From a virus: DNA of 64,000 bases. The DNA lies in IMG/VR virus record IMGVR_UViG_3300032315_000748. One strand, 5' to 3'. Position numbers and translations under genes: made by a program. Of this stretch, positions 42,082 through 50,719 are shown in pieces (within the stretch, counting starts at the first letter, position 1; each line of letters opens with the position of its first letter). Under the pieces are notes generated by a model, which saw only the letters and a list, made by a program, of their open reading frames with translations, had not been told where the DNA came from and did not search any database.

Positions 42082-42360
42082 ATGACTTTTAAATTAACAC
42101 AAGAACAGACCGAAACTATTCAAGCAGTATTTGATAATCAACGACCCGGAAAGTCTGACTATGATTGTTGGGAAGGAATAAACAAACAACTTCAATCAAC
42201 AGATGAAAATCGGATTAGAATAAATGAAGAAGGAAAAGAAGAATTTACAATCTTTTACAGTGAAATTATTACCCCAAATAGGACAAGACTTCATATAATG
42301 AAAGTCTATGTGGATATGCAAGAGAGGTTGAGATTATTTGCGAATTGTGGTTACCTTTGA
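42082..42360 (+). CDS. Hypothetical protein
   Basis: 92-aa ORF tightly packed between neighbours. Confidence 0.6.
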   Translation: MTFKLTQEQTETIQAVFDNQRPGKSDYDCWEGINKQLQSTDENRIRINEEGKEEFTIFYSEIITPNRTRLHIMKVYVDMQERLRLFANCGYL

Positions 42361-42373
42361 ACTTATTTAAATT

Positions 42374-43327
42374 ATGAACACAGACAGAACTGACTTCTTG
42401 TGGTGCGAAAAATATCGCCCAAAGACGATTGAAGATTGTATCCTTCCAGAAGGTATTAAAAAGACTTTCCAAGACTTTCTAAATAGGGGTGAAATTCCAA
42501 ATATGCTACTTGCCGGTCCTGCCGGATGTGGTAAGACTACAGTAGCAAAAGCACTATGTAATGAATTAGGAGTAGATTTTTATGTCATTAACGGATCCGA
42601 CGAAGGTAGATTCCTTGATACTGTCAGAAACAATGCGAAAAACTTCGCTTCGACCGTCTCACTTTCTTCGGATGCTAAACACAAAGTCATCATCATTGAC
42701 GAAGCAGATAACACAACCAATGATGTACAACTCCTCTTACGGGCATTTACTGAGGAATTTAGTAGGAATTGTAGATTCATCTTCACCTGTAACTACAAAA
42801 ATAAAATCATTGAACCCCTCCACTCCCGATGTGCAGTTGTTGAGTTCTCAATCAAAGGAAAAGAAAAAGCGCAGTTGGCAGGATCCTTTTTCAAGCGTCT
42901 TCAAAACATCTTGGATGAAGAGAGGATCCGATATGATCCGAAAGTCCTTGCGGAACTGATCAATAAGCACTTTCCTGATTTCAGACGAGTCACCAACGAA
43001 TGTCAAAGGTATTCTGTAAGTGGTGAAATTGATTCTGGTATTCTTGCATCGTTCTCTGACGTAAAAGTAAATGATCTCATTAAATGTCTCAAGGAAAAGA
43101 ACTTTACGGAAGTTCGTAAATGGGTTGTATCCAATCTTGATAATGACACTTCTGTTATTCTTCGTAGGGTGTATGATGCACTTTATGAATCTTTGGTTCC
43201 TGCCAGTATTCCTGCTGCTGTTCTTGTTATTGCGAAATATTTGTATCAAGGGGGATTTGTAGCAGATCAGGAGATAAATCTTCTTGCTTGCCTGATTGAA
43301 ATAATGTGTGAGTGCGAGTTTCTATGA
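42374..43327 (+). CDS. gp44: Clamp loader large subunit gp44
   Basis: 'EKYRP', 'GPAGCGKTT', 'IIDEAD', 'LHSRC'. Confidence 0.96.
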   Translation: MNTDRTDFLWCEKYRPKTIEDCILPEGIKKTFQDFLNRGEIPNMLLAGPAGCGKTTVAKALCNELGVDFYVINGSDEGRFLDTVRNNAKNFASTVSLSSDAKHKVIIIDEADNTTNDVQLLLRAFTEEFSRNCRFIFTCNYKNKIIEPLHSRCAVVEFSIKGKEKAQLAGSFFKRLQNILDEERIRYDPKVLAELINKHFPDFRRVTNECQRYSVSGEIDSGILASFSDVKVNDLIKCLKEKNFTEVRKWVVSNLDNDTSVILRRVYDALYESLVPASIPAAVLVIAKYLYQGGFVADQEINLLACLIEIMCECEFL

Positions 43328-43491
43328 GACCTGAAACAAGAGAAGCAATGGAAATGCTTTTTGCTGCTAAGTGGAACCTTCCAAAGGCAGCAGAGCATTG
43401 TAATCTTACTCATAAGGAGTGTAAGATTGTGTTTAATGAGTATTGTAATTTTCACCCAAAGACTTATGAAATCCCTGAAAACCTGTCTTAG
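43324..43491 (+). CDS. Small hypothetical protein (55 aa, not in ORF track)
   Basis: Hand translation MRPETREAMEMLFAAKWNLPKAAEHCNLTHKECKIVFNEY...; ATGA overlap with gp44; HTH-like spacing. Confidence 0.65.
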   Translation: MRPETREAMEMLFAAKWNLPKAAEHCNLTHKECKIVFNEYCNFHPKTYEIPENLS

Positions 43492-44371
43492 ATACCCCGG
43501 CGGTAAGTCTCGTGCTTGCGTCAAGATGGACCCATATTTTCCGGACTTACGAGACTATGATGAGTTTCGGGAACCATTTCTTGGTGGTGGAAGTGTTGCA
43601 ATTCACATTACAAAGAAGTATCCAAACTTGGATATTTGGGTGAATGATCTTTATGAACCTCTGGTAAATTTCTGGCAGCAACTCCAGATGTTTGGGGAAG
43701 AAATGAAAAACATATTGGCGGAATTAAAAACCGAACATAATACTCCAGAACTAGCAAGGGATTTATTTACAGCAGCTAAGACACATATTAATAATGAAGA
43801 TTATCCAAATCTTGGTCGTGCTGTAGATTTTTATATTGTTAATAAATGTTCTTTTAGTGGACTCACAGAAAGTTCCTCATTTTCGCCACAGGCAAGCAAC
43901 TCCAACTTCTCCCTGCGTGGTATTGAAAAACTGCCAGAGTATTCTAAACTGATTGAGAAGTGGCGTATAACTAATTATTCCTATGATTATTTGATGGATG
44001 GAAACAAAGGTGCGTTTATGTATCTTGATCCTCCTTATGATATTAAGGATAATCTCTATGGGTGCAAAGGATCAATGCACAAAGGATTTGATCACGATAA
44101 GTTTGCTGCTGATTGCGATGCTAATGATATGGATCAGTTGGTGAGTTATAATTCTGACCAACTTGTAATGGATAGATTTAAAAACTGGAATGCTGCGGAG
44201 TTTGATCTAACTTACACGATGCGTTCTGTGGGTGAATATATGCGAGAACAGAAAGAACGAAAAGAACTTCTGTTATTCAATTACAGCAAAAATCCTAAAA
44301 TACAGTTTAGTTTTGATGGATGTTATAATTATGATAGATTGAAGAAAGGGGGATTATTGGATGACGTATGA
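43466..44371 (+). CDS. dam: DNA adenine methyltransferase (Dam/D12 class)
   Basis: 'LRYPGGKS', 'EPFLGGGSV', 'YLDPPY'; start moved to ATG 43466 (MKSLKT). Confidence 0.92.
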   Translation: MKSLKTCLRYPGGKSRACVKMDPYFPDLRDYDEFREPFLGGGSVAIHITKKYPNLDIWVNDLYEPLVNFWQQLQMFGEEMKNILAELKTEHNTPELARDLFTAAKTHINNEDYPNLGRAVDFYIVNKCSFSGLTESSSFSPQASNSNFSLRGIEKLPEYSKLIEKWRITNYSYDYLMDGNKGAFMYLDPPYDIKDNLYGCKGSMHKGFDHDKFAADCDANDMDQLVSYNSDQLVMDRFKNWNAAEFDLTYTMRSVGEYMREQKERKELLLFNYSKNPKIQFSFDGCYNYDRLKKGGLLDDV

Positions 44372-44747
44372 ATTGAAAGATTGGTTGAATTCTATCAACC
44401 AGAATAAAAAAAATATTATGAATGATGACCCATCATCAGAAAAAGATTATTCTCCTTATGTTATTAATCATTGCCTTTCGGGACATATTGATTGCGTAAT
44501 GTACGCAAATGAGATGAATAAGTATAACTTTTTGCCAAAAAGACTTCAATATGATTTTTTTATAAATATAATTAGGAAAAAGAAGAGATTCTCTCCTTGG
44601 TTAAAAAAGGAAAAAATCAAAGATATTGATTATGTCAAACGTTATTATGGATATAATAATGAAAAGGCACTACAAGCTTTGTCTATTCTATCAAAAGAAC
44701 AATTAACATTTATTAAAGCGAAATTTGAAACTGGAGGAACAAAATGA
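44361..44747 (+). CDS. gp62: Clamp loader small subunit gp62
   Basis: 'LKDWLNSIN..K', 'QYDFFIN.IRKKKRFSPW'. Confidence 0.9.
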   Translation: MTYELKDWLNSINQNKKNIMNDDPSSEKDYSPYVINHCLSGHIDCVMYANEMNKYNFLPKRLQYDFFINIIRKKKRFSPWLKKEKIKDIDYVKRYYGYNNEKALQALSILSKEQLTFIKAKFETGGTK

Positions 44748-45181
44748 GTGTAATTCAAGAACCTGTTGTAAATTGGACACCTGACCAAATGGTAGAAGTG
44801 ATCCTAAATGAACCTGATGACTTTCTGAAAGTTCGTGAAACTTTGACACGCATCGGAGTTGCTTCACGCAAGGAAAAGAAAATCTATCAATCTTGCCATA
44901 TTCTTCACAAGCAAGGCAGATACTATCTTGTGCATTTTAAAGAATTATTTGCACTTGATGGAAAACACGCAAATCTTACGGTAAATGATGTCCAACGTCG
45001 TAATCGTATTGTACAACTTCTTGCGGATTGGGGACTTATTACTGTAATTTCTCCGGAAAAAATTACTGATATTGCACCTTTAAATCAAATTAAAGTTCTT
45101 GCATTTAAGGATAAAGGTGAATGGGAACTTGAAACCAAATACAATATTGGTAAAAAGACTAAACCACAGGAAACCGAATGA
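44744..45181 (+). CDS. regA: Translational repressor RegA
   Basis: 'DDFLKVRETLTRIGVAS', 'QSCHILHKQGRYY.VHFKELF'. Confidence 0.96.
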   Translation: MSVIQEPVVNWTPDQMVEVILNEPDDFLKVRETLTRIGVASRKEKKIYQSCHILHKQGRYYLVHFKELFALDGKHANLTVNDVQRRNRIVQLLADWGLITVISPEKITDIAPLNQIKVLAFKDKGEWELETKYNIGKKTKPQETE

Positions 45182-45187
45182 TTTTGT

Positions 45188-45213
45188 AGGGAGTTCAACA
45201 CTCCCTTTTTTTT
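45188..45213 (+). terminator. Rho-independent terminator after regA
   Basis: agggagt-tcaac-actccct stem plus T-run. Confidence 0.85.
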
Positions 45214-45234
45214 ATGTTTTGTGATATATACTAG

Positions 45235-45288
45235 TGATGTTGCCTTCGGGGACATCATTCATTTACAGACGCTTTAAGGAGGTCTATT
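45235..45288 (+). promoter_or_regulatory. Structured hsp20 5' leader, candidate RNA thermometer
   Basis: cUUCGg hairpin (45235-45257) plus a weak hairpin (45267-45285) that pairs the AAGGAGG SD with a bulged G. Confidence 0.5.
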
Positions 45289-45774
45289 ATGTTTGGAACA
45301 GATTCATTTACACTCACAGTACCACAAACTGCAAAGTATTTGTTGGAAATTCAAAAGAATAGTATTGGGATGGATGAGTGGTTTAAAAAATTTGATAGTG
45401 CGTTTGATACACACACAAATTATCCACCATACAATTTAGTCAAAGAAAGTAGCGTTGAATTTAGATTAGAAATCGCACTTGCTGGATACAAAAAAGAAGA
45501 TATTAGGGTATCTACGGAAGAAAATATACTTACCCTTGATGTAGCAGAAGATAAAAAATCCAAAGATGCTACCGAATATCTTCATAATGGAATAGCAAAA
45601 AGAAGATTGAAAAGAACTTGGACTTTATCTAATGATGTAGTTCTTGGTGATGTTTCTTTTGTTGATGGATTGCTTACCATCAAACTAAATAGAGTTATTC
45701 CAGAGCATCAAAAGAGAAAAGTTTATGAAATCATTTCAGGAGTTCGTGAAGACAATTCGGGAAATGAAGGGTGA
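45289..45774 (+). CDS. hsp20: Small heat-shock protein Hsp20
   Basis: 'NYPPYNL', 'LEIALAGY', 'HNGIAKR', 'DGLLTI.L..VIPEHQK'. Confidence 0.93.
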   Translation: MFGTDSFTLTVPQTAKYLLEIQKNSIGMDEWFKKFDSAFDTHTNYPPYNLVKESSVEFRLEIALAGYKKEDIRVSTEENILTLDVAEDKKSKDATEYLHNGIAKRRLKRTWTLSNDVVLGDVSFVDGLLTIKLNRVIPEHQKRKVYEIISGVREDNSGNEG

Positions 45775-45886
45775 TTTTGGCGCTGATGAAAAGATGAGTG
45801 ATCAACCAGTTAATTGTTATGGTAAAACCGTGAAATATAAAATGGCGCCAAACAAAAAAGTATGTGCCTTTAAAAGAAAAAGATAA
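45725..45886 (+). CDS. Small basic protein with capsid-targeting-like leader (53 aa, not in ORF track)
   Basis: MKSFQEFVKTIREMKGDFGADEKMSDQPVNCYGKTVKYKMAPNKKVCAFKRKR; TAAATA at 45686-45691 inside hsp20. Confidence 0.6.
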   Translation: MKSFQEFVKTIREMKGDFGADEKMSDQPVNCYGKTVKYKMAPNKKVCAFKRKR

Positions 45887-45889
45887 ATA

Positions 45890-45967
45890 ATTGTGGGCTA
45901 CCCCAATTAACTATCGTCGCCGCAGAGGGGAAGACTGGCAGAATCAGTCTTGACACCCCTCTTTTTT
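45890..45967 (+). ncRNA. Candidate small structured RNA / terminator element
   Basis: TAAATA at 45884-45889, short hairpin, linker tatcgtcgccgca, long stem gagggg-aagactg...cagtctt-gaca-cccctc, T6. Confidence 0.4.
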
Positions 45968-45978
45968 CTTGTTATAAT
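45950..45978 (+). promoter_or_regulatory. Consensus sigma70 early promoter for the operon leading to gp43
   Basis: TTGACA-17 nt-TATAAT. Confidence 0.85.
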
Positions 45979-45999
45979 ATATGAACGTATGAGGAATTT

Positions 46000-46392
46000 A
46001 TGTCAATTAAATTAGCACTTCTTAAATCAGGAGAAGAAGTGATTGCCGATATTAAAGAGATTGTGAATGAAGAAGAAAAGATAGTTTCTCTTCTATTTTC
46101 AAATCCATATGTCGTTAAACTGATTACTCCACAAATTTTAGTTGAAGAATTGTCCGAATCACCAGAGATGGAATATAAAGTTTCCTTTTCTTCTTGGTTG
46201 CCATTATCTCTAGAAAAAGATATTGTGGTTAGGACTGATTGGGTGGTTTCAATTGTAGAACCAGTAGAAATGGTAAAAAAATCTTACGAGGAAAAATTTA
46301 ATGGAAGAGGAAATGACATTGCCGATGGACGAGCAGGTGGAGGAAACGACAATTCAAGTATTGATCTTAACGAATCAATTAGTTTTAGTTAG
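46000..46392 (+). CDS. Sm-like domain protein (cyanophage type)
   Basis: 'IKLALLKSGEEVIADIKE...NPY...WLPLS...V..DWVVSIVEP'; between hsp20 and gp43. Confidence 0.65.
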   Translation: MSIKLALLKSGEEVIADIKEIVNEEEKIVSLLFSNPYVVKLITPQILVEELSESPEMEYKVSFSSWLPLSLEKDIVVRTDWVVSIVEPVEMVKKSYEEKFNGRGNDIADGRAGGGNDNSSIDLNESISFS

Positions 46393-46612
46393 TGAAGTAA
46401 GGGAAGTTTTAGCTGACATTGGGCAACCTGATTGTTTGCTAATCAAACCTTTCCAAATCAAAAAAGGAATTTCTGAAAACAATTACCTAGTACCTTGGTT
46501 ATTTGGTGATTATACAAATGAAAAAGAAATTGCTATAAGTTCTGATAAAATTTTAGCATTAGTAGATCCAAAAAAAGATTTACTTGAAGAATATTTAAAA
46601 CTTTCCAAATGA
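46301..46612 (+). CDS. Second Sm-like/hypothetical protein
   Basis: 'LVSEVREV...PDCLLIKPF...PW...ISSDKILALVDP'; start codon uncertain. Confidence 0.6.
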   Translation: MEEEMTLPMDEQVEETTIQVLILTNQLVLVSEVREVLADIGQPDCLLIKPFQIKKGISENNYLVPWLFGDYTNEKEIAISSDKILALVDPKKDLLEEYLKLSK

Positions 46613-46618
46613 GGATAA

Positions 46619-49114
46619 ATGCGTTTTTATACATCAGTTTATGAGAAATTTAATAAAATTTATGTGAGAGGGTATGAAGACGGAAAGTATTTTGAATCAA
46701 TAGAAGATTTTTATCCCACATTTTATGTTTCTTCAAAAAAGGAAAGTAAGTATAAAACTTTGAGTGGAGAATCAGTAGAACCGATTCAACCCGGAAAAAT
46801 ATCAGAGTGTAAAGATTTTCTTCAAAAATATTCAAATGTTGATGGATTTTCTGTGTATGGAAATGATAATTATAAAGCACAATATATTTCCCAAACATAT
46901 CCAGAAGACGAAATTGAGTTTGATATTAAGAAAATTCGTCTTGTGACAATTGATATTGAGGTTGCTTCTGAGAATGGATTTCCAAATGTATTTGATTGTG
47001 CGGAAGAACTTCTAGCAATCACATTACAAAACTACGCAACAAAGAAGTTGGTATGTTTTGCTTCTCGTCCTTATATTAATACCCGTAAGGATGTTGAATA
47101 TGTTGAGTGTAGAGACGAAATTGATTTAATTCAACATTTTCTCGGATTTTGGGAAAGGGAAACTCCAGATGTGATTACAGGATGGAACTGTGAATTGTAT
47201 GATATTCCTTATATTGCTGGAAGAATTGAAAGAATTTTGGGAGAGAAAGAAGCACGTCGTCTTTCTCCTTGGGGAAATATTCGCAGAAGAGAACTTGTAA
47301 TTAAAGGAAGAGAACAAATCTCTTATGAAATTTCTGGAGTTTCTGTGATTGATTATCTTGATCTTTATAAAAAGTTTACTTACAAAGCACAAGAATCTTA
47401 TCGTCTAGACCATATTGCGAATGTGGAATTAGGCCAAAAGAAATTAGATCACTCTGAATTTGAGACCTTCAAGGATTTTTATACAAAAGATTGGCAGAAG
47501 TTTATTGATTATAATATTAGAGACGTAGAACTTGTAGATCAACTAGAAGATAAAATGAAATTAATTGAACTTTGTTTTACAATGGCGTATGACGCAAAAG
47601 TAAATTTTAATGATGTTTTCTATCAAGTAAGAACTTGGGATGCTATCATTTATAATTACTTAAAGAAAAGAGATATTGTCATTCCTCCTAAGGACCATTC
47701 GGAAAAGAGTGATAAATTTGCTGGTGCATATGTAAAAGATCCAATTCCCGGAAAATATGATTGGGTAGTGAATTTTGACCTTAACAGTCTATACCCTCAC
47801 CTGATTATGCAATATAATATAAGTCCAGAAACTTTAATTGACCAAAGGCATCCTTCTGTAACTATTGATAAAATTTTAAATCAAGATATTACTTTTGATA
47901 AGTATAGTGATTATGCAGTTTGTGCGAATGGCGCGATGTATCGCAAAGATGTTCGTGGATTTCTTCCAGAACTAATGGAAAAAATGTATAACGACCGTGT
48001 AATCTTCAAGAAAAAGATGTTGGTTGCAAAGCAGCAATATGAAAAAACCAAGACAAAAGAATTGGAAAAAGAAATTGCAAGATGCAACAACATCCAAATG
48101 GCGAAAAAGATTTCTCTTAATAGTGCTTATGGTGCTATTGGAAATCAGTATTTCAGGTATTATAAACTAGCAAATGCCGAAGCAATCACAATGTCGGGAC
48201 AAGTTTCCATTCGTTGGATTGAAAGCAAAATGAACTTATACTTGAATAGAATTCTCAAAACTAATAATATTGATTATGTAATTGCTTCTGATACAGATTC
48301 TATCTATCTTAATGTGGGTCCATTGGTTGATAAAGTGTATAGCGAAAAGGAAAAAGATACTAAAAATATTGTTTCATTCCTAGATAAACTCTGCAAGGTA
48401 GAACTTGAAAAATATATTGACAGTTGTTATCAGGAACTGGCAGATTATGTAAATGCTTATGACCAGAAGATGCAAATGAAACGTGAAAATATCGCGGAAC
48501 GTGGAATCTGGACTGCCAAAAAACGATACATCTTAAATGTCTGGGATAGTGAAGGTGTTCGTTATGAAGAACCTAAACTTAAAATAACAGGTATTGAAGC
48601 AGTTAAATCGTCAACTCCTGCCCCTTGTCGTCAAATGATTAAAGACGCACTTAAAATAGTGATGACAAAAACAGAAGATGATCTAATTTCTTTTATAGAT
48701 AATTTTCGTAAAGATTTCAATCAACTTTCCCCAGAAGAAATTTCATTTCCGAGAACAGTTTCTGATGTAAATAAGTATAAATCTTCATCAACTCTTTATA
48801 GTAAAGGAACGCCAATTCACGCAAGAGGAGCAATTCTTTATAATTATTTAATTAAAGAAAAAAAGTTAGATAAGAAGTATGCGAAAATTCAAAATGGCGA
48901 GAAGATTAAATTTTGTTATTTAAAACTTCCAAATCCAATTCAAGAAAATGTTATTTCTTATATTCAAGAATTTCCGAAGGAATTTGGGCTGGACAAATAC
49001 ATTGATTATGACCTACAATTTAGTAAAGCATTTTTGGAGCCAATGAAAGTAATTTTGGATTCAATTGGTTGGAGAACAGAAAAAACAGTAACACTTGACT
49101 CATTTTTTATATAG
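46619..49114 (+). CDS. gp43: Family B DNA polymerase gp43
   Basis: Exonuclease 'DIEV', 'FDLNSLYP', 'KISLNSAYG', 'SDTDS'; no intein evident. Confidence 0.98.
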   Translation: MRFYTSVYEKFNKIYVRGYEDGKYFESIEDFYPTFYVSSKKESKYKTLSGESVEPIQPGKISECKDFLQKYSNVDGFSVYGNDNYKAQYISQTYPEDEIEFDIKKIRLVTIDIEVASENGFPNVFDCAEELLAITLQNYATKKLVCFASRPYINTRKDVEYVECRDEIDLIQHFLGFWERETPDVITGWNCELYDIPYIAGRIERILGEKEARRLSPWGNIRRRELVIKGREQISYEISGVSVIDYLDLYKKFTYKAQESYRLDHIANVELGQKKLDHSEFETFKDFYTKDWQKFIDYNIRDVELVDQLEDKMKLIELCFTMAYDAKVNFNDVFYQVRTWDAIIYNYLKKRDIVIPPKDHSEKSDKFAGAYVKDPIPGKYDWVVNFDLNSLYPHLIMQYNISPETLIDQRHPSVTIDKILNQDITFDKYSDYAVCANGAMYRKDVRGFLPELMEKMYNDRVIFKKKMLVAKQQYEKTKTKELEKEIARCNNIQMAKKISLNSAYGAIGNQYFRYYKLANAEAITMSGQVSIRWIESKMNLYLNRILKTNNIDYVIASDTDSIYLNVGPLVDKVYSEKEKDTKNIVSFLDKLCKVELEKYIDSCYQELADYVNAYDQKMQMKRENIAERGIWTAKKRYILNVWDSEGVRYEEPKLKITGIEAVKSSTPAPCRQMIKDALKIVMTKTEDDLISFIDNFRKDFNQLSPEEISFPRTVSDVNKYKSSSTLYSKGTPIHARGAILYNYLIKEKKLDKKYAKIQNGEKIKFCYLKLPNPIQENVISYIQEFPKEFGLDKYIDYDLQFSKAFLEPMKVILDSIGWRTEKTVTLDSFFI

Positions 49115-49122
49115 GAGGTAAA

Positions 49123-50127
49123 ATGGATTTTTTAAAAGATATAGTAAACGAAATTGGTGGAGAATACACACAACTTGCATCAGAGATTGACGAAACTGAA
49201 ACGTATGTGGATACTGGTAGTTACATATTCAATGCTCTTGTTAGCGGGAGCATCTTTGGTGGGGTATCTGGTAATAAAATTACTGCAATTGCGGGCGAAT
49301 CAAGCACTGGAAAAACTTTCTTTAGTTTGGCAGTCGTTAAGAATTTTCTTGATAATAATCCTACTGGATACTGTCTGTATTTTGATACTGAAGCTGCAAT
49401 CACCAGATCCTTATTAGAGGGGAGAGGCATTGACACAACTCGCTTGGTCGTTATCAATGTTGTCACCGTAGAAGAGTTCCGTGGGAAGGCGCTTAAAGCA
49501 GTTGATCTTTATATGAAGAAACCCGAAGCAGAACGCAATCCTTGCATGTTTGTGCTAGATTCTTTGGGAATGCTTTCTACCAGTAAGGAGATCAACGATG
49601 CTCTGAACGACAAGGAGGTGCGAGATATGACCAAATCTCAACTCATCAAAGGTGCATTCCGTATGCTCACACTGAAACTGGGTCAGGCAAATATTCCAAT
49701 GATCGTGACAAATCACTTATATTCTGTTGTGGGAGCTTATGTTCCAACACAAGAACAATCTGGAGGAAGTGGATTGAAGTATGCAGCCTCTTCTATAGTT
49801 TATCTTTCCAAAAAGAAAGAAAAAGATGGAACGGAAGTTATTGGTAACATTATTAAATCAAAATTAGTCAAATCTCGTTTAAGCAAAGAAAATCAAGAAG
49901 TAGAAATACGACTTTATTATGATGAAAGAGGTCTTGATAAGTATTATGGTTTATTGGAACTTGGAGAGATTGGTGGATTGTGGAAAAATACTGCTGGTAG
50001 ATATGAAATGGATGGAAAAAAAATATATGGAAAGGAAATATTAAAAAATCCAGAACAATATTTTACACCTCAAGTATTACAAGCACTTGATGAAATTGCT
50101 AGACAAAAATTTTCTTATGGAAAATGA
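49123..50127 (+). CDS. uvsX: RecA-like recombinase UvsX
   Basis: 'AGESSTGKT', 'FDTEAA', 'LDSLGML', 'GGSGLKYAAS'. Confidence 0.95.
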   Translation: MDFLKDIVNEIGGEYTQLASEIDETETYVDTGSYIFNALVSGSIFGGVSGNKITAIAGESSTGKTFFSLAVVKNFLDNNPTGYCLYFDTEAAITRSLLEGRGIDTTRLVVINVVTVEEFRGKALKAVDLYMKKPEAERNPCMFVLDSLGMLSTSKEINDALNDKEVRDMTKSQLIKGAFRMLTLKLGQANIPMIVTNHLYSVVGAYVPTQEQSGGSGLKYAASSIVYLSKKKEKDGTEVIGNIIKSKLVKSRLSKENQEVEIRLYYDERGLDKYYGLLELGEIGGLWKNTAGRYEMDGKKIYGKEILKNPEQYFTPQVLQALDEIARQKFSYGK

Positions 50128-50159
50128 TATAAATAAGTATGGTTACTAACCATACGCAA

Positions 50160-50717
50160 ATGTTTATAGATACGCACCACATAATACCAAGATCTGAAGG
50201 TGGAACTGATGATCCAAAAAATCTTGTTAAACTTCCAAGAAGATTACATCAAGAAGTTCATCATCGTAGGTGGTTAGTTGGTGGATCTATTAATGATTTG
50301 TATGCTTTCCAAATATTAGGTGGAAATTTGTCTGATGATGAATTAAATAAAATTTATGAAGATCAAGTTTATAGATGTAAAAGAGATCAAACTAAATTGA
50401 CCGAATCTAGAATAAATTCTGATAAATGGAAACAATCACATCAAAATGATGAATATAAACAAAAGAAAAGAGAGCAGAGTATTTTATTGAATAAACTTGG
50501 AAAGATTAATTCTGAAGAATCCTCAAAACTTATAAGTGAAAAGAAAAAATCGGTGAAAAATTACAATTCAAAATTAATTTCAGTTTATGGTAAAATATGG
50601 GAGGATGCTTCTAAATGTGTGAGGAATGGTGGCTCTAATGGATTAAGTTTAAGACAATTGAGATACCGAGCGAATGAAATTAATTATCCCGATATATTTT
50701 ATGTGGAGCAAATTTAG
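50160..50717 (+). mobile_element. Free-standing HNH homing endonuclease gene
   Basis: 'HHIIPRSEGGTDDPKNLVKL..RLHQEVH' HNH motif plus basic C-terminal region; own TATAAATA at 50128-50135; alternative start 50139. Confidence 0.82.
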
Positions 50718-50719
50718 TT

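Noticed and set aside
43361-43465. 35-aa N-terminal extension of Dam given in the ORF track
   Set aside because: TTG start overlaps a better 55-aa ORF in another frame; Dam motifs begin after ATG 43466
45890-45967. Possible tRNA
   Set aside because: No cloverleaf, TTCRA T-loop or CCA end; kept only as a candidate sRNA/terminator
46619-49114. Possible intron or intein in gp43 (also checked gp17, gp41, gp61)
   Set aside because: ORFs are continuous, of ordinary length, with no splicing motifs
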